Of a stretch of 64,000 nt of DNA, positions 1 to 10,036 are shown one piece after another. Each line of letters opens with the position of its first letter. Within the stretch, counting starts at the first letter, position 1. The notes under the pieces were generated by a model, which searched no databases, was not told the DNA's origin, and saw nothing but the letters and a program-made list of their open reading frames with translations. The stretch lies in contig JASGJN010000002.1 in the NCBI GenBank assembly GCA_049840735.1, positions 64,001-128,000 of the forward strand. Direction: 5' to 3'. Origin of the DNA: Anaeromyxobacter sp. GTDB taxonomy: Bacteria; Myxococcota; Myxococcia; Myxococcales; Anaeromyxobacteraceae. The position numbers and the translations under genes are program-made.

Positions 1-38
1 GCACCGGATCAGGCCAGAGATCGGCTCCGGGGCCGTCC

Positions 39-67
39 TTGACGTCCGGTGGGAGAGGTCCTTACAT
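39..67 (+). promoter_or_regulatory. Possible sigma70 promoter for cysK
   Basis: TTGACG (39-44), 17-nt spacer, TTACAT (62-67); the -10 match is weak. Confidence 0.3.
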
Positions 68-115
68 CCCATCCGCCATGACGGACGAGGCCGGGAACGG
101 CCGGGAGCGGAGCGC

Positions 116-1054
116 ATGCGGATCGCCGAGGACATCACGCAGCTGATCGGGAACACGCCGCTGGTGCGGCTCAATCGCATCCTGGACGGCGCGCGCGCCA
201 CGGTGGTGGCCAAGCTGGAGGCGCGAAACCCGGCCGGCTCGGTGAAGGACCGGATTGGCGTGGCCATGATCGAGGCGGCCGAGCGCGACGGGAAGATCAA
301 GAAGGACACCATCCTGCTGGAGCCGACCAGCGGGAACACCGGCATCGGCCTGGCCTTCGCGGCGGCCGCCAAGGGCTATCCGCTGGTGCTGTGCATGCCC
401 GAGACCATGAGCATGGAGCGGCGCCGGCTGCTGGCGGCCTACGGGGCGAAGATGATCCTCACGCCCGGCTCGGAGGGGATGAAGGGCGCCATCGCGCGGG
501 CCAGCGCCCTGGCGGCCGAGGACCCGCGCTACCTGGTCCTGCAGCAGTTCGAGAACCCCGCCAACCCGGAGGTCCACCGCCGCACCACCGCAGAGGAGAT
601 CTGGCGCGACACCGACGGGAAGGTGGACATCGTGGTCTGCGGCACCGGCACCGGAGGGACGGTGACCGGCTGCGCCCAGGTGCTCAAGCCGCGCAAGCCG
701 TCGATCCGTATCGTCGCCGCCGAGCCGGCCGACTCGGCGGTGCTCTCCGGCGGGAAGCCGGGCCCGCACAAGATCCAGGGCTGGGGCGCGGGGTTCGTGC
801 CCAAGGTGCTCGACGCCTCCCTGCTCGACGAGGTGATCACGGTCAGCAACGAGGACGCCGGTCGCGATGCGCGCCGGCTCACCCGTGAGGAGGGGATCCT
901 GTCCGGCATCTCCTGCGGCGGGGCGGTCACCGCGGCCCGCGTGGTAGCCCAGCGGCCGGAGAACGCCGGGAAGCTGATCGTGGTGGTGCTCCCGGACACG
1001 GGCGAGCGTTACCTGACCACCTGGCTGTTCGAGGAGCAGCCCCCCGCGAAGTAG
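116..1054 (+). CDS. cysK: Cysteine synthase A (O-acetylserine sulfhydrylase)
   Basis: 312 aa; [21 protein letters not shown] (PLP lysine), [28 protein letters not shown]. Confidence 0.96.
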   Translation: MRIAEDITQLIGNTPLVRLNRILDGARATVVAKLEARNPAGSVKDRIGVAMIEAAERDGKIKKDTILLEPTSGNTGIGLAFAAAAKGYPLVLCMPETMSMERRRLLAAYGAKMILTPGSEGMKGAIARASALAAEDPRYLVLQQFENPANPEVHRRTTAEEIWRDTDGKVDIVVCGTGTGGTVTGCAQVLKPRKPSIRIVAAEPADSAVLSGGKPGPHKIQGWGAGFVPKVLDASLLDEVITVSNEDAGRDARRLTREEGILSGISCGGAVTAARVVAQRPENAGKLIVVVLPDTGERYLTTWLFEEQPPAK

Positions 1055-1246
1055 CAGGCGCGACCGCGGCGCAGCGCGAGCACGTCCGCGGGCGCCCTGC
1101 GCCGGGCGGTCGCCCGGCCCGTAGGTCTGCAAGCGATCGCTGAGAAGCCCTGCGGCCCACCTGGGATTGGCAAGGCCCCGTTGCGGCCCGGTCAACCGCT
1201 TCCTAGCTTGCTGCGGTAGTTCGGGGAAGTGCCGGGGGTGCAGGTC

Positions 1247-1960
1247 ATGACGCAGGCGTCGCGGGCTGAGCTTCGTGCCGAGTTGCTGGGCAGGATTCCG
1301 AGCTGGTACTCCCCCGCCCTTCACGTGTTGCTCCCCGCCATCGTCGGGCTGCTGGTCGTCTGGCTGGCCCTCTCGACGGTTCACGACCTGGCGGCGTGGC
1401 AGCTCGCGGCCGTGCCGGCCTTCCTCCTGTTCTCGAACGCGGTCGAGTGGCACGCGCACCGCGGCCTCCTGCACCGCCGGGTGCGGTTCCTCGAGGTGCT
1501 GTACGTCCGCCACACCCCGCAGCACCACGCCCTCTACGTCAACGGCGAGATGGCCATCCACACGCCGCAGGAGCTCCGCTTCATCCTGCTCCCCGCCTAC
1601 GGGCTGCTCGCCATCCTGGGCGCCGCCTCGCCCATCACGGCCCTGCTCCTCTGGGCTGGCCAGCCCAACCTCGCGGCGCTCTGGGTGGTGACGGTGGTGG
1701 CCTACGTGCTCGCCTACGAGTGGCTCCACCTGGCCTACCACCTGCCCGAGGAGAGCCCCATCGGCCGCCTCGGCCTGGTGCGCGTGCTGCGGCGCCACCA
1801 CCAGCTCCACCACACGCCTCACCTGATGCAGCGGTGGAACTTCAACGTCACCGTGCCGGTGTGGGATGTCGTGCGCGGGACGGTCTACCACCCCGAGATC
1901 CGCCACTATCCCGCCTCCGCCCCAGCCGCTGCCCCGTCGGCAGCCCGGCGGCTGCACTAG
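1247..1960 (+). CDS. Sterol desaturase / fatty acid hydroxylase family membrane protein
   Basis: Hydrophobic segments plus His boxes EWHAHR..LH, HTPQHH, EWLHLAYH, RHHQLHH and NFNVT; start may instead be 1229. Confidence 0.8.
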   Translation: MTQASRAELRAELLGRIPSWYSPALHVLLPAIVGLLVVWLALSTVHDLAAWQLAAVPAFLLFSNAVEWHAHRGLLHRRVRFLEVLYVRHTPQHHALYVNGEMAIHTPQELRFILLPAYGLLAILGAASPITALLLWAGQPNLAALWVVTVVAYVLAYEWLHLAYHLPEESPIGRLGLVRVLRRHHQLHHTPHLMQRWNFNVTVPVWDVVRGTVYHPEIRHYPASAPAAAPSAARRLH

Positions 1961-2025
1961 GCGCCGGTTGCGCTTGGCAGCCAACGCTTTACACGACCGC
2001 CAGCGGTGGGGTATCAGACCCGCGC

Positions 2026-2098
2026 GACCCCATCGTCTAGAGGCCCAGGACACGGCCCTTTCAAGGCTGTAACCGGAGTTCGAATCTCCGTGGGGTCA
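2026..2098 (+). tRNA. tRNA-Glu (anticodon TTC); CCA not encoded
   Basis: Acceptor stem GACCCCA/TGGGGTC, anticodon stem CGGCC/GGCTG with loop CT-TTC-AA (anticodon 2060-2062), T-loop GTTCGAATC. Confidence 0.95.
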
Positions 2099-2215
2099 TT
2101 CCCTTCGTTGAACGGTACCGCCTGCCCCGTGCCTCCTGAGCGCGCCTGACGGCGCGCTGACGATGGCTTCGCCAACGTCGAATGAGGCCTGGTTGACGAC
2201 TCCCGCTCCGAGCCG

Positions 2216-2815
2216 TCAGTCGTCGCGGTCCTCGTGATGATCCCGCTCGCCGTCGCAGTCGAACCGCGGGTGGAAGTCCCAACCGCCGTCCCCGCAGCCG
2301 AAGGACAAATCCCTGCGGAACCTGAGCGCCACGGTGGTGGTCTGACCTTCAGCGACGGTGAAGGGCTCGGCGACGCGGACGATCGACGTCCAGCCTCCGC
2401 CGGGCGGCGTGATGGCGATCCCGGTGCCGTCCCCCAGCACGAGCTCCACGGTCCTGATCACCACCACGAACTGGTCGTAGGTCCCGGGCGGCAGGAATCC
2501 GTCCGGCAGCGTGACCTCGCGCCCGCCGCCGAGCGAGAGGAGGTCCACCCTGTAGGGAAGGTCGATCGCGACCTCCACGAGCACGCCGTCGCTCGAACGG
2601 GCCAGCAGGCTCGAGATGGTCACGCGGGCGGCCTGCAGGCCACCGCAGCGCGACTCCTCATTGGACGCGAGCACGCTCGGTGCGCCGTCCGAGGACAGGA
2701 CGATGGCGACCTGCCCTCTGCCGTCGGGACCAAATGCGCCCTGGCCGCACGCGGCAGCCAGCACCAGGAAGGCGAGCGCGATCGCGCCCAGGGAGAGCTT
2801 GTCCTTGATCGTCAT
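2216..2815 (-). CDS. DUF4382-like lipoprotein
   Basis: Lipobox LAAAC; VDLLSL..LPPGTY.Q..VVI and FTVAEGQTTTVALRF pattern; SD AGGAG upstream. Confidence 0.65.
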   Translation of the reverse strand: MTIKDKLSLGAIALAFLVLAAACGQGAFGPDGRGQVAIVLSSDGAPSVLASNEESRCGGLQAARVTISSLLARSSDGVLVEVAIDLPYRVDLLSLGGGREVTLPDGFLPPGTYDQFVVVIRTVELVLGDGTGIAITPPGGGWTSIVRVAEPFTVAEGQTTTVALRFRRDLSFGCGDGGWDFHPRFDCDGERDHHEDRDD

Positions 2816-3022
2816 GGCCGCACTCCTGTCGAGGAACGCGGCCGAGGCTAGCACCCCCGGTGCGACCTGGCGCTTCCCGGACGAGGGCGCAGCTGGTCGA
2901 CACCCACCCGGCGCACCGCGTGCGCGGGGGCCCCCGAGACCTGGACCGAAGCAGGTGAACCCGTCCCACCCGACACGAGCTGCGCTACCCGGGCAAGCAC
3001 CGCAGGTCTCCCCCGAAGGCGC

Positions 3023-3634
3023 TCACCACCTGTACCGCGCGCTCACCCTCCGGCCCTTGATGTCGACGGTCAGGTCCACCCGGCACCTGTCCGCCGCGCC
3101 CGCCATGTCCACCACGCCGAGGAGGATTCCCTCGAACAGCGCGGCGTAGCCGGGGTGCGTGGCGACGGGAGCGGCCAGGTCCAGCTCGACCAGCCCTTCC
3201 CGCGAGAAGAGGGAGACCCGGGGCTCGGCCACGTCGCGGTAGGCATGCCGGAACGTCGCCTCGAACATCCGCAGGAACCCGGCCACGGTCGCGCCGCCGA
3301 AGATGGTTGCCGCGCCGGCGATCAGCGCGCGGTAGGCGGGGCGGCTGGCGATCTTCTGGCCAATCCAGCGGCGCCAGAGCCCGGCGGCCGTGGCCTGGCC
3401 GATGGCCGCGACGACCGCGTCCACGTACGGTCCGTGGACCTCCTCCACGTCCAGCCAGTCGGAGGTGACGGCGTCGTCGATCCGCTGCCGGACCGGCAGC
3501 GGCAGCGCCGACCGGATCGAGGCCAGCAGCTCGGGCGCGTGGACCTCCAGGTCCTCCAGGAAGTCGAGGACGTTCGAGGCCCGCGTCCGCGGGCGCGGCG
3601 CGGCGGCGGGCAGGGGGCGCAGGGCCGCGGTCAC
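3023..3634 (-). CDS. Hypothetical protein, myxobacterial DUF2378/TIGR02265-like
   Basis: 203-aa ORF with GC3-biased codons; 4-bp overlap with the upstream gene; family assignment by resemblance only. Confidence 0.55.
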   Translation of the reverse strand: MTAALRPLPAAAPRPRTRASNVLDFLEDLEVHAPELLASIRSALPLPVRQRIDDAVTSDWLDVEEVHGPYVDAVVAAIGQATAAGLWRRWIGQKIASRPAYRALIAGAATIFGGATVAGFLRMFEATFRHAYRDVAEPRVSLFSREGLVELDLAAPVATHPGYAALFEGILLGVVDMAGAADRCRVDLTVDIKGRRVSARYRW

Positions 3635-4284
3635 CGGCCACCTCCCCAGCGCGCGACGAACTCGGCCGAGGTGGCCGTGACCTGTCCCAGCGTCACCGTG
3701 GTGCCGACCGCGCGCGAGTGCTCGAGCGCGGCGGCGAAGGCCTCGGCGATCACCATCAGGTGCAGCGGGGTGTAGAGACCAGCGGGGAAGCTCAGCTCGC
3801 CGACGCCCGCCTCCGCGCCTTCCCGCCGGACGCGCAGCGTCGATCCCTGGTGGAAGCTGTTCCAGCGCGTCTCCGCCCGCTCCAGCAGCGCGTGAGGGGA
3901 GAAGAAGGCCATGAGCGCGCGATAGGCCAGCCCGCGGTAGAGCTGCCGGTGGGTCTCCCGGCTCCAGGACCGGACGGCGTCGTCGCTCATCTGGGCGGCG
4001 TCTGCGATCACGAGCAGCGCGCCCTGGAGCACGACCTCGGGGATCCAGGGCCGGTCCGGCACGGCCAGCAGCTCACCCGGCATGCCCGCGGGCACCGGCA
4101 GGTTCGGCGGCGCGGTGGCGAGCACGGCCTCCACCACGCCCGCCCGCACCACGCAGCTGGGATGGGAAGCCAGGCCGGCCGGCAGTGCGGCCAGGTAGGC
4201 CTCGAGGCGCGGACAGGCCACCGGCGCGGGCGCGAAGGCCGCGGCGGGGCGGATGTGGGAAGCGAGCGGAGACGGCAGCGTCAT
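3631..4284 (-). CDS. Hypothetical protein, myxobacterial DUF2378/TIGR02265-like
   Basis: 217-aa ORF; segment YRALMAFFSPHALLERAETRWNSFH; ends in a beta strand plus W like its neighbour. Confidence 0.6.
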   Translation of the reverse strand: MTLPSPLASHIRPAAAFAPAPVACPRLEAYLAALPAGLASHPSCVVRAGVVEAVLATAPPNLPVPAGMPGELLAVPDRPWIPEVVLQGALLVIADAAQMSDDAVRSWSRETHRQLYRGLAYRALMAFFSPHALLERAETRWNSFHQGSTLRVRREGAEAGVGELSFPAGLYTPLHLMVIAEAFAAALEHSRAVGTTVTLGQVTATSAEFVARWGGGR

Positions 4285-4446
4285 CGCCCGCCTTCCAGAG
4301 CAAGACCGGCGCCAACCCGCGACGGCGCGCTGGGCCCCGAAATCGCAAGCCAGTGCGCCCCCTGCTGGACACCCGTGATCAGGCGGGTCCGGGACAGCGG
4401 AGCCCAGGGTCCAGTGGACCCCGACCGCGAGGATGGGGTCCGGCGC

Positions 4447-5091
4447 CTACCGCCCGCGGCGGTAGCCGTAGCCGCCGTGCTCGACCGCCGTCACCCGCCC
4501 ATGCTCCAGGGTGGCGATGGTGATGAACCGGCTCGGGCCGAGATCGTAGGTCCAGGTCTCGACCGTCACGGTGGTGTAGGCGATGGCGGTGGTGTCCCGG
4601 TCGCGGGTGGCCGCGCTGCGCGCCCGCTTCTCCCGGCGGACGTCGCGGGCGGTGGGCTCGCCACACTTCGCGAGGAGGTCCAGCTTGCGATCGCCGACCC
4701 GCACGTCGAAGGACTCGCAGGGCTGATCCCGCCGGCTGGAGAGCAGCCCCGCCGGATAGCCGTAGCTCCCGCTCTCGATGCGCGTCACGCGACCGCCGTG
4801 CAGCGTGACCACCTGGACGAAGCGGTCCGGACCGAAGTTGAAGGTCCAGCGCTCCAGCGTGGTGGAGGTGACGTCGCCGTCCATCCCCAGCCCGTTCCCC
4901 TGGACCAGCGTGAGCCCGGTCTCGAGCTCGTCCACCTCGCGGACGGCCGGGTCGCCGCACTTGCCCATGAGATCGACGCGGGTGTCTCCCATGTGGACGA
5001 TGCCCTGCTCGCAGGCCAGCGAAGCGTCGGCCGGCGCCGGAGCGGCTGGGAGCAGCGCGAGGGCTGCGAAGAGTGCGCGCGATGGGGTCAT
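4447..5091 (-). CDS. Secreted protein with two DUF2845-like domains
   Basis: Signal peptide; two repeats of C..V..GD...DL..KCG.P ... E.WT...GP.RF...G.V...E.G.YG; SD GAGGAG and -10 TACAAT upstream. Confidence 0.8.
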   Translation of the reverse strand: MTPSRALFAALALLPAAPAPADASLACEQGIVHMGDTRVDLMGKCGDPAVREVDELETGLTLVQGNGLGMDGDVTSTTLERWTFNFGPDRFVQVVTLHGGRVTRIESGSYGYPAGLLSSRRDQPCESFDVRVGDRKLDLLAKCGEPTARDVRREKRARSAATRDRDTTAIAYTTVTVETWTYDLGPSRFITIATLEHGRVTAVEHGGYGYRRGR

Positions 5092-5264
5092 GGTGGAACT
5101 CCTCGGGTGTCGGCGGGATTGTAGCACCGCGCCGCAGCCGCACCCTGCCCTCGCCGGACGGGCGAGCGCCACGCCGGATTCAGCGCGTCAGCCCAGCAGG
5201 CCCCCAGGACGTCGAAGAAGAGCGGCCTCCACCCCGGAGGTGGAGGCCGCCCGTCCTGCCGCGG

Positions 5265-8200
5265 CTACCTCACCGAGACGGTGACGTTGTCCACCGTCAC
5301 GACCTTGGTGGAGCCGCTCATCTTGGCCCGGAAGCGGAGCTTCATGGCCGTGCTCTGGTAGGCGGAGATGTCGATCGCCTTGTTGGTGGCCGCCGCCGTG
5401 CCGGTCAGCGTGGCGACGGTGGTCCAGGTGGTCCCCTTGAGCACGTCGACCTTCAGGTACTCGGTGGAGGTGAGGCCGGTGACCGAGTACTTGAAGCCGA
5501 GGGTGACCGTGGTGCCGGTCTTGCTCATGGCGGTCTTCTGCGTGAGCACCGCCTCGGTGGAGCAGCTGGTGCACTTCGCGACGCCGGAGGAGTCGAGCGT
5601 CCCCTGCACCCACTTCGCCGTGGAGGTGCCGCCGGTCACCGTCCAGTTGGTGCCGATGGCGTCCATCACGTCATAGAAGTTGCCGTTGAAGGTCGGGTAG
5701 ACGTCCAGCGTCGCGCCGCCCGTCCCCGCGAAGTTGGCGCCGTCCGACCAGCCGCTGTCGTTGCGCAGCGCCTTGTACTCGAACGCGGCGCCCGAGGCGA
5801 TGGCGGTGGTGCTCCAGACCCAGATGTTGCCGGTGGTCCAGGTGGCGGCCTGGCCCACCGTCCAGGAGAGCGGCGAGAGGCTGCCGCGGATGGAGATGGA
5901 GTTGCCGTAGCCCACGTCGAAGTGCACGCGGATGGTGGTGGTGACCGTCCCGCCGCCGCCGGTGGTGGCGTTCGCGGTGGGCGACGCGCCGGAGGTGCCG
6001 GCCGAGTTGCTGGCGGTCACGTAGTAGTAGTAGGTCGTCGCGACGGCCAGGCCGGCGTCGGAGTAGCTGGTGCCGGCGCTGGTGCCCACGCTCGCGAACC
6101 CGCTGCCCGCCGAGGTGGAGCGGTAGACCGTGTACGAGGTCGCGCCGCTCGAGGCCGCCCAGGTCAGGGACACGGTGGTCCCTGAGGCGCTGGCCGTGAG
6201 CGTGGCGGGCGCCGCCGGCGCGGTACCGCCGGTGGTGGCGTTCGCGGTGGGGGACGCCGCGGAGGTCCCGGACGAGTTGCTGGCCGTGACGTAGTAGTAG
6301 TACGTCGTGGACGCCGCCAGGCCGGAGTTCGAGTAGCCGGTGGAGGTGCTGGTGCCCACGCTCGCGAACCCGCTGCTCGCCGAGGTGGAGCGGTAGACCG
6401 TGTACGAGGTCGCGCCGCTCGAGGCCGCCCAGGTCAGGTTGATGGTCGTGCCCGACGCGGTGGCCGAGAGGGTGGCGGGCGCCGCCGGGGCGGTGCCGCC
6501 CGGCCCGGTCACGGTGAAGCCGCGCGTGCTGTCGTTGAACGTGAAGGTGTGCGCGCCGGTGGTGGTGGGGGTGAAGTAGACGTTGAAGCTGCCGTTCTGC
6601 GTCAGCGTCCCCGAGGCCTGGCTGGCCGTGTTGGAGGCGGAGAGCCCCCAGTTCGTGCTCCAGGTGGTCCCGCCGCCAATCTCGTACTTGAACTGGTAGC
6701 TGGTGCCGGCGGTCAGCGTGGCGCTGGCCGACCAGGTGTAGTTGGCCACCAGCTGCATCCCCGTCGCGCCCCAGCTGTTCATGGAGCCGCGCAGGTACAT
6801 GGTCGAGTAGTTCGAGGTGTAGAGCGAGGGCGTCACCTGCACCGTGGCCGAGGCCGGCGAGGTGCCGGCCGTGTTGCTGGCGGTGACGTAGTAGTAGTAG
6901 GTCGTGCCGGCGGTCAGGCCGGAGTTGCTGAGGCCGGTGGTGGTGCTGCTGCCGACGGTGGCGAAGCCGCTGGTGGCCGAGGTGGAGCGGTAGACCGTGT
7001 ACGAGGTCGCGCCGCTGGAGGCCGTCCAGGTCAGCGTGGCCGTGGTGCCGGCGGCGGTGACGGTCACGCCGGTGGGGGCCAGGGGCGGCGTGGGCGTCGA
7101 GTTGACCTTCTGCCCGGTGTAGATGGCGATGGCCGAGATGGCGCTCCCGCCGCGGGCCGGGACGGTCACGGTGGCGTTGCCGCTCGAGTCCACCGTCACG
7201 CTGTCGCTGGTGCAGCCGTTGCCGGCCGCGTTGAGCAGGCCGTGGACCACGTTGCAGTAGGTCCCGGCGGAGAGCCCGGTGGCGAAGGTGGCGCTCCAGG
7301 ACGAGGTGGCGTTGTTGAGGGCCACGAAGCCCACGCTGCCGCGGCTGAAGGCGAGCTGGTTGCCGTTGCCGGTGGAGCGCACCGTCATGGCGGTGCCCGC
7401 GGCGGCGCTGCGGAACTTCACCATCGGGTAGATGGTGCTCCAGGCGTGGACGAAGTCCCAGCCGCAGGCGGCGCTGGTGTTGCTGCAGGTGGTGGTGACG
7501 ATGGGGTTGCCGCTGCCGTCGTACGGGCTCGCCGACGGCATGTTGGAGTCCTTGTTGGCCCAGGAGAAGCCGGACTGGAGCTGCGCGCGGCCGTAGGGCT
7601 GGCCCAGCATGTAGATGACGGCCAGGTCGTACTTGCCGCCCGAGTCGGTGGTGTAGTTGAGCGAGTCACCCGAGTTGCGCTGGGTGTCGTGGTTGTCCAC
7701 GAAGATGGTGGCCTTGTCGCTGGCGATGAGCTGGTAGGTGCCGCCGCCGGTGCCGGTGCCGGAGTAGGTGGTGACCGAGCCCAGCGCGTTGTTGCGGATG
7801 GCGTCGCGGATGGCCCGGGCCCAGCGGAACTCGTTCACGGTGCCGCTGGCCATGTAGCCGTTCAGGTCGATCCAGCCCTGGTCCTCGATCACCTCGTGCG
7901 TGACGAAGACCTTCTCGCCCAGGAGCGTGGTCTGGTTGCATGTTGCCCGAGCATGGTCTGCAGCTCGGCGGGCAGGAGGTGCTTGGCCGCGTCGATCCGG
8001 TAGCCGTCCACGCCCATGGCGGTGAGCGAGTTCAGGTAGGCCACGAACTGGCCCTGCACGTAGCTGGAGCCGGTGTTGAAATCGGCATGCCCAGCAGCCA
8101 GCAGGCGGTGGTGTTGGCCTCGCTGGAGTAGTTGATGTCACAGTAGGTGTGGAAGTCGCTGGACCCGAAGTACGGGTAGCTGAACGACCCCGAGTTGAGC

Positions 8201-8660
8201 TCAGCCGCCCACGCCGGTGCCGGAGCCGACCGCCATCTGGTTGAAGACCACGTCCGCGTAGATGCGCACGCCGGCGGCGTGGCAGGTGTTGATCATGGCC
8301 TGCAGCTGGGCAGGCATGCCCATGTCGCTGGTGAGGTTGTGGTGGTTCACCGGCTGGTAGATGTTCCACCAGGCGTTCTGGGTGATGTGCTCGGCGGGCG
8401 GCAGGAACTCTGCACGCCGCCGACGCCCTGCGGCCCCAGGAACCGGGTGCACTCGGTGGCGATGTCGTTCCAGCGCCACTTGAACATGTTGACGTAGGTG
8501 TCCGCCGGATTGAGCGTCACCGCCGCCGCGGACGGCGGGGCCGCTCCGTTGCCGGATCCCCGGCGTCCCCGACGCACCCGGGATCCGCTCCCCCGCACGC
8601 AACGAGCCCTGCTGCCAGCAGCGCGACCAGCGCGCCGCCACCATTCATCTTCCTCGTCAT
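5265..8660 (-). CDS. Multidomain GH13 alpha-amylase lipoprotein (catalytic + FN3 + CBM-like + FN3 x2 + CBM20-like + unknown C-terminal domain); several frameshifts, probably sequencing errors
   Basis: Reconstructed start MTRKMNGGGALVALLAAGLVAC (lipobox, SD GGGAGA); WWNIYQPV, YADVVFNQM, DGYRIDAAKH, THEVIE, FVDNHDTQR; FN3 motifs; frameshifts near 8540, 8410, 8200, 8080, 7940. Confidence 0.85.
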
Positions 8661-9027
8661 CGCTTCTCCCCGTGTGGCCGCACCCGCGGTGCCGATCCGG
8701 AGAAGCAGGCCCCCGCGCCAGCCGGATCGGTGCTATCGGGTGAACGGCGGGCGGGAGTGTGACGATAGCACGACTGTTCGTGAACACGGGACACTGCCGC
8801 AGCTCATGCGCACGTCCACGGAACTGTGGCAGAATGCCGCTTGCTGTGCGGCGTCAGCTTTCTGTTTTTGCATCTTTCGGGCTGCTGAGCCGGCCGATTT
8901 CGCACGCCCCAAATTTCCACGCTCGTGCCCGTACCATGCGTATGCAGGCGCGCACCGACCCGACGGATCGGCGGCGGAGGACCGGCGCTTCAGGCTCGCG
9001 GCGTCATCCAGCCGCCGCCGCCCGGCC

Positions 9028-9430
9028 TCACGCGCCGAGCTGCAGCCCGGCCACGCGGCCCAGCGCCGCCAGCCCCTCCGGCGTCCCGGGCCAGTGGCGC
9101 CGGACGGCCTCGGGCCCGGCGCGGCGCACCACCGAGCGCAGCACCAGCACCGCCACGAATCAGGTCGTCGGCCTGGCCGAGCACGGGGATGAAGTCGGGG
9201 ACGAGGTCGAACGGGAGCGCCAGGTAGCCGAGCAGGAGCCAGGGCCGGACGCGCACGCCGCGCGGCAGCTCGCGATCCAGCGCCAGCCGCCTGAGCAGCC
9301 CCAGGGTGTCCGGCAGGAGCCGGAGCGCCTCGCCCAGCAGCGCGCCGCGCGGCCGCGCCGCCAGCAGGGTCAGCGCGAGGAGCGTCCAGGTGGCGAGCAG
9401 CGCGGCGGCGACGATGAGGATCAGTGACAT
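9028..9430 (-). CDS. YkvA / DUF1232 family membrane protein (frameshift ~9158)
   Basis: [21 protein letters not shown] motif; continuation in another frame ends at TGA 9028-9030. Confidence 0.85.
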
Positions 9431-9458
9431 GCCCGCCCCGGCCGCCGGCCCCCGGCCC

Positions 9459-9921
9459 TCACCCCTGCATGGCCTTCATGCGCCGCTCCAGCTCCTCCGG
9501 CGGTACGTCCTCCACGTGCGTCGCGACGGTCCAGACGTGCCCGGAGGGGATCCTCCAGCGTGCCCGAGCGGTCGCCGTAGAACTGGTCCTTCACCTCGCG
9601 GAGCAGCCTGGCCCCGGCGGCGACGGCGGCGCGGACGGTCGCGTCCACGTCGGGCACGTAGAGCAACAGGCTGACCGGCGAGCCGCCGAAGGCGCGCGGG
9701 CCGCGGAACTCGGCGCTGGCGTCGGCCAGCATGAGCACGGCGCCCCAGATCCTGAGCTCGGCGTGGCCGATCCTGCCGCCCGGCGCAGGGATGGGCGGGT
9801 AGAGCAGCTCCGCCCCGAAGACCTTCCGGTAGAACGCGATGGCCGCCTCGGCCCCCTCGCAGACCAGGTAAGGGGTGAGCGCCTGGTAGCCGTCGGGGAT
9901 CGCCTTCACTGCCTGGGCCAT
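9459..9921 (-). CDS. VOC/glyoxalase (PhnB-like) protein (frameshift ~9548)
   Basis: [41 protein letters not shown]. Confidence 0.88.
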
Positions 9922-10036
9922 GTGCCGCCTCCGCCGCTGCGTGGAGCGCAGGACCTAGCGCCGACGGGCCGGCCCCGCCCGTCGCGGGAGGGGCCCCGGC
10001 GCCTCGGCAGTCGCCCCGCGTGCGCCGCCGCCCGGC

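Noticed and set aside
5083..5090. TGGGGTCA as an attR copy of the tRNA-Glu 3' end
   Set aside because: Only 8 bp and inside a gene start; expected by chance.
8827..8845. TGGC...TTGC sigma54-like motif (similar one at 1168-1184)
   Set aside because: Spacing is 3 nt (and 2 nt) too long for the strict -24/-12 geometry.
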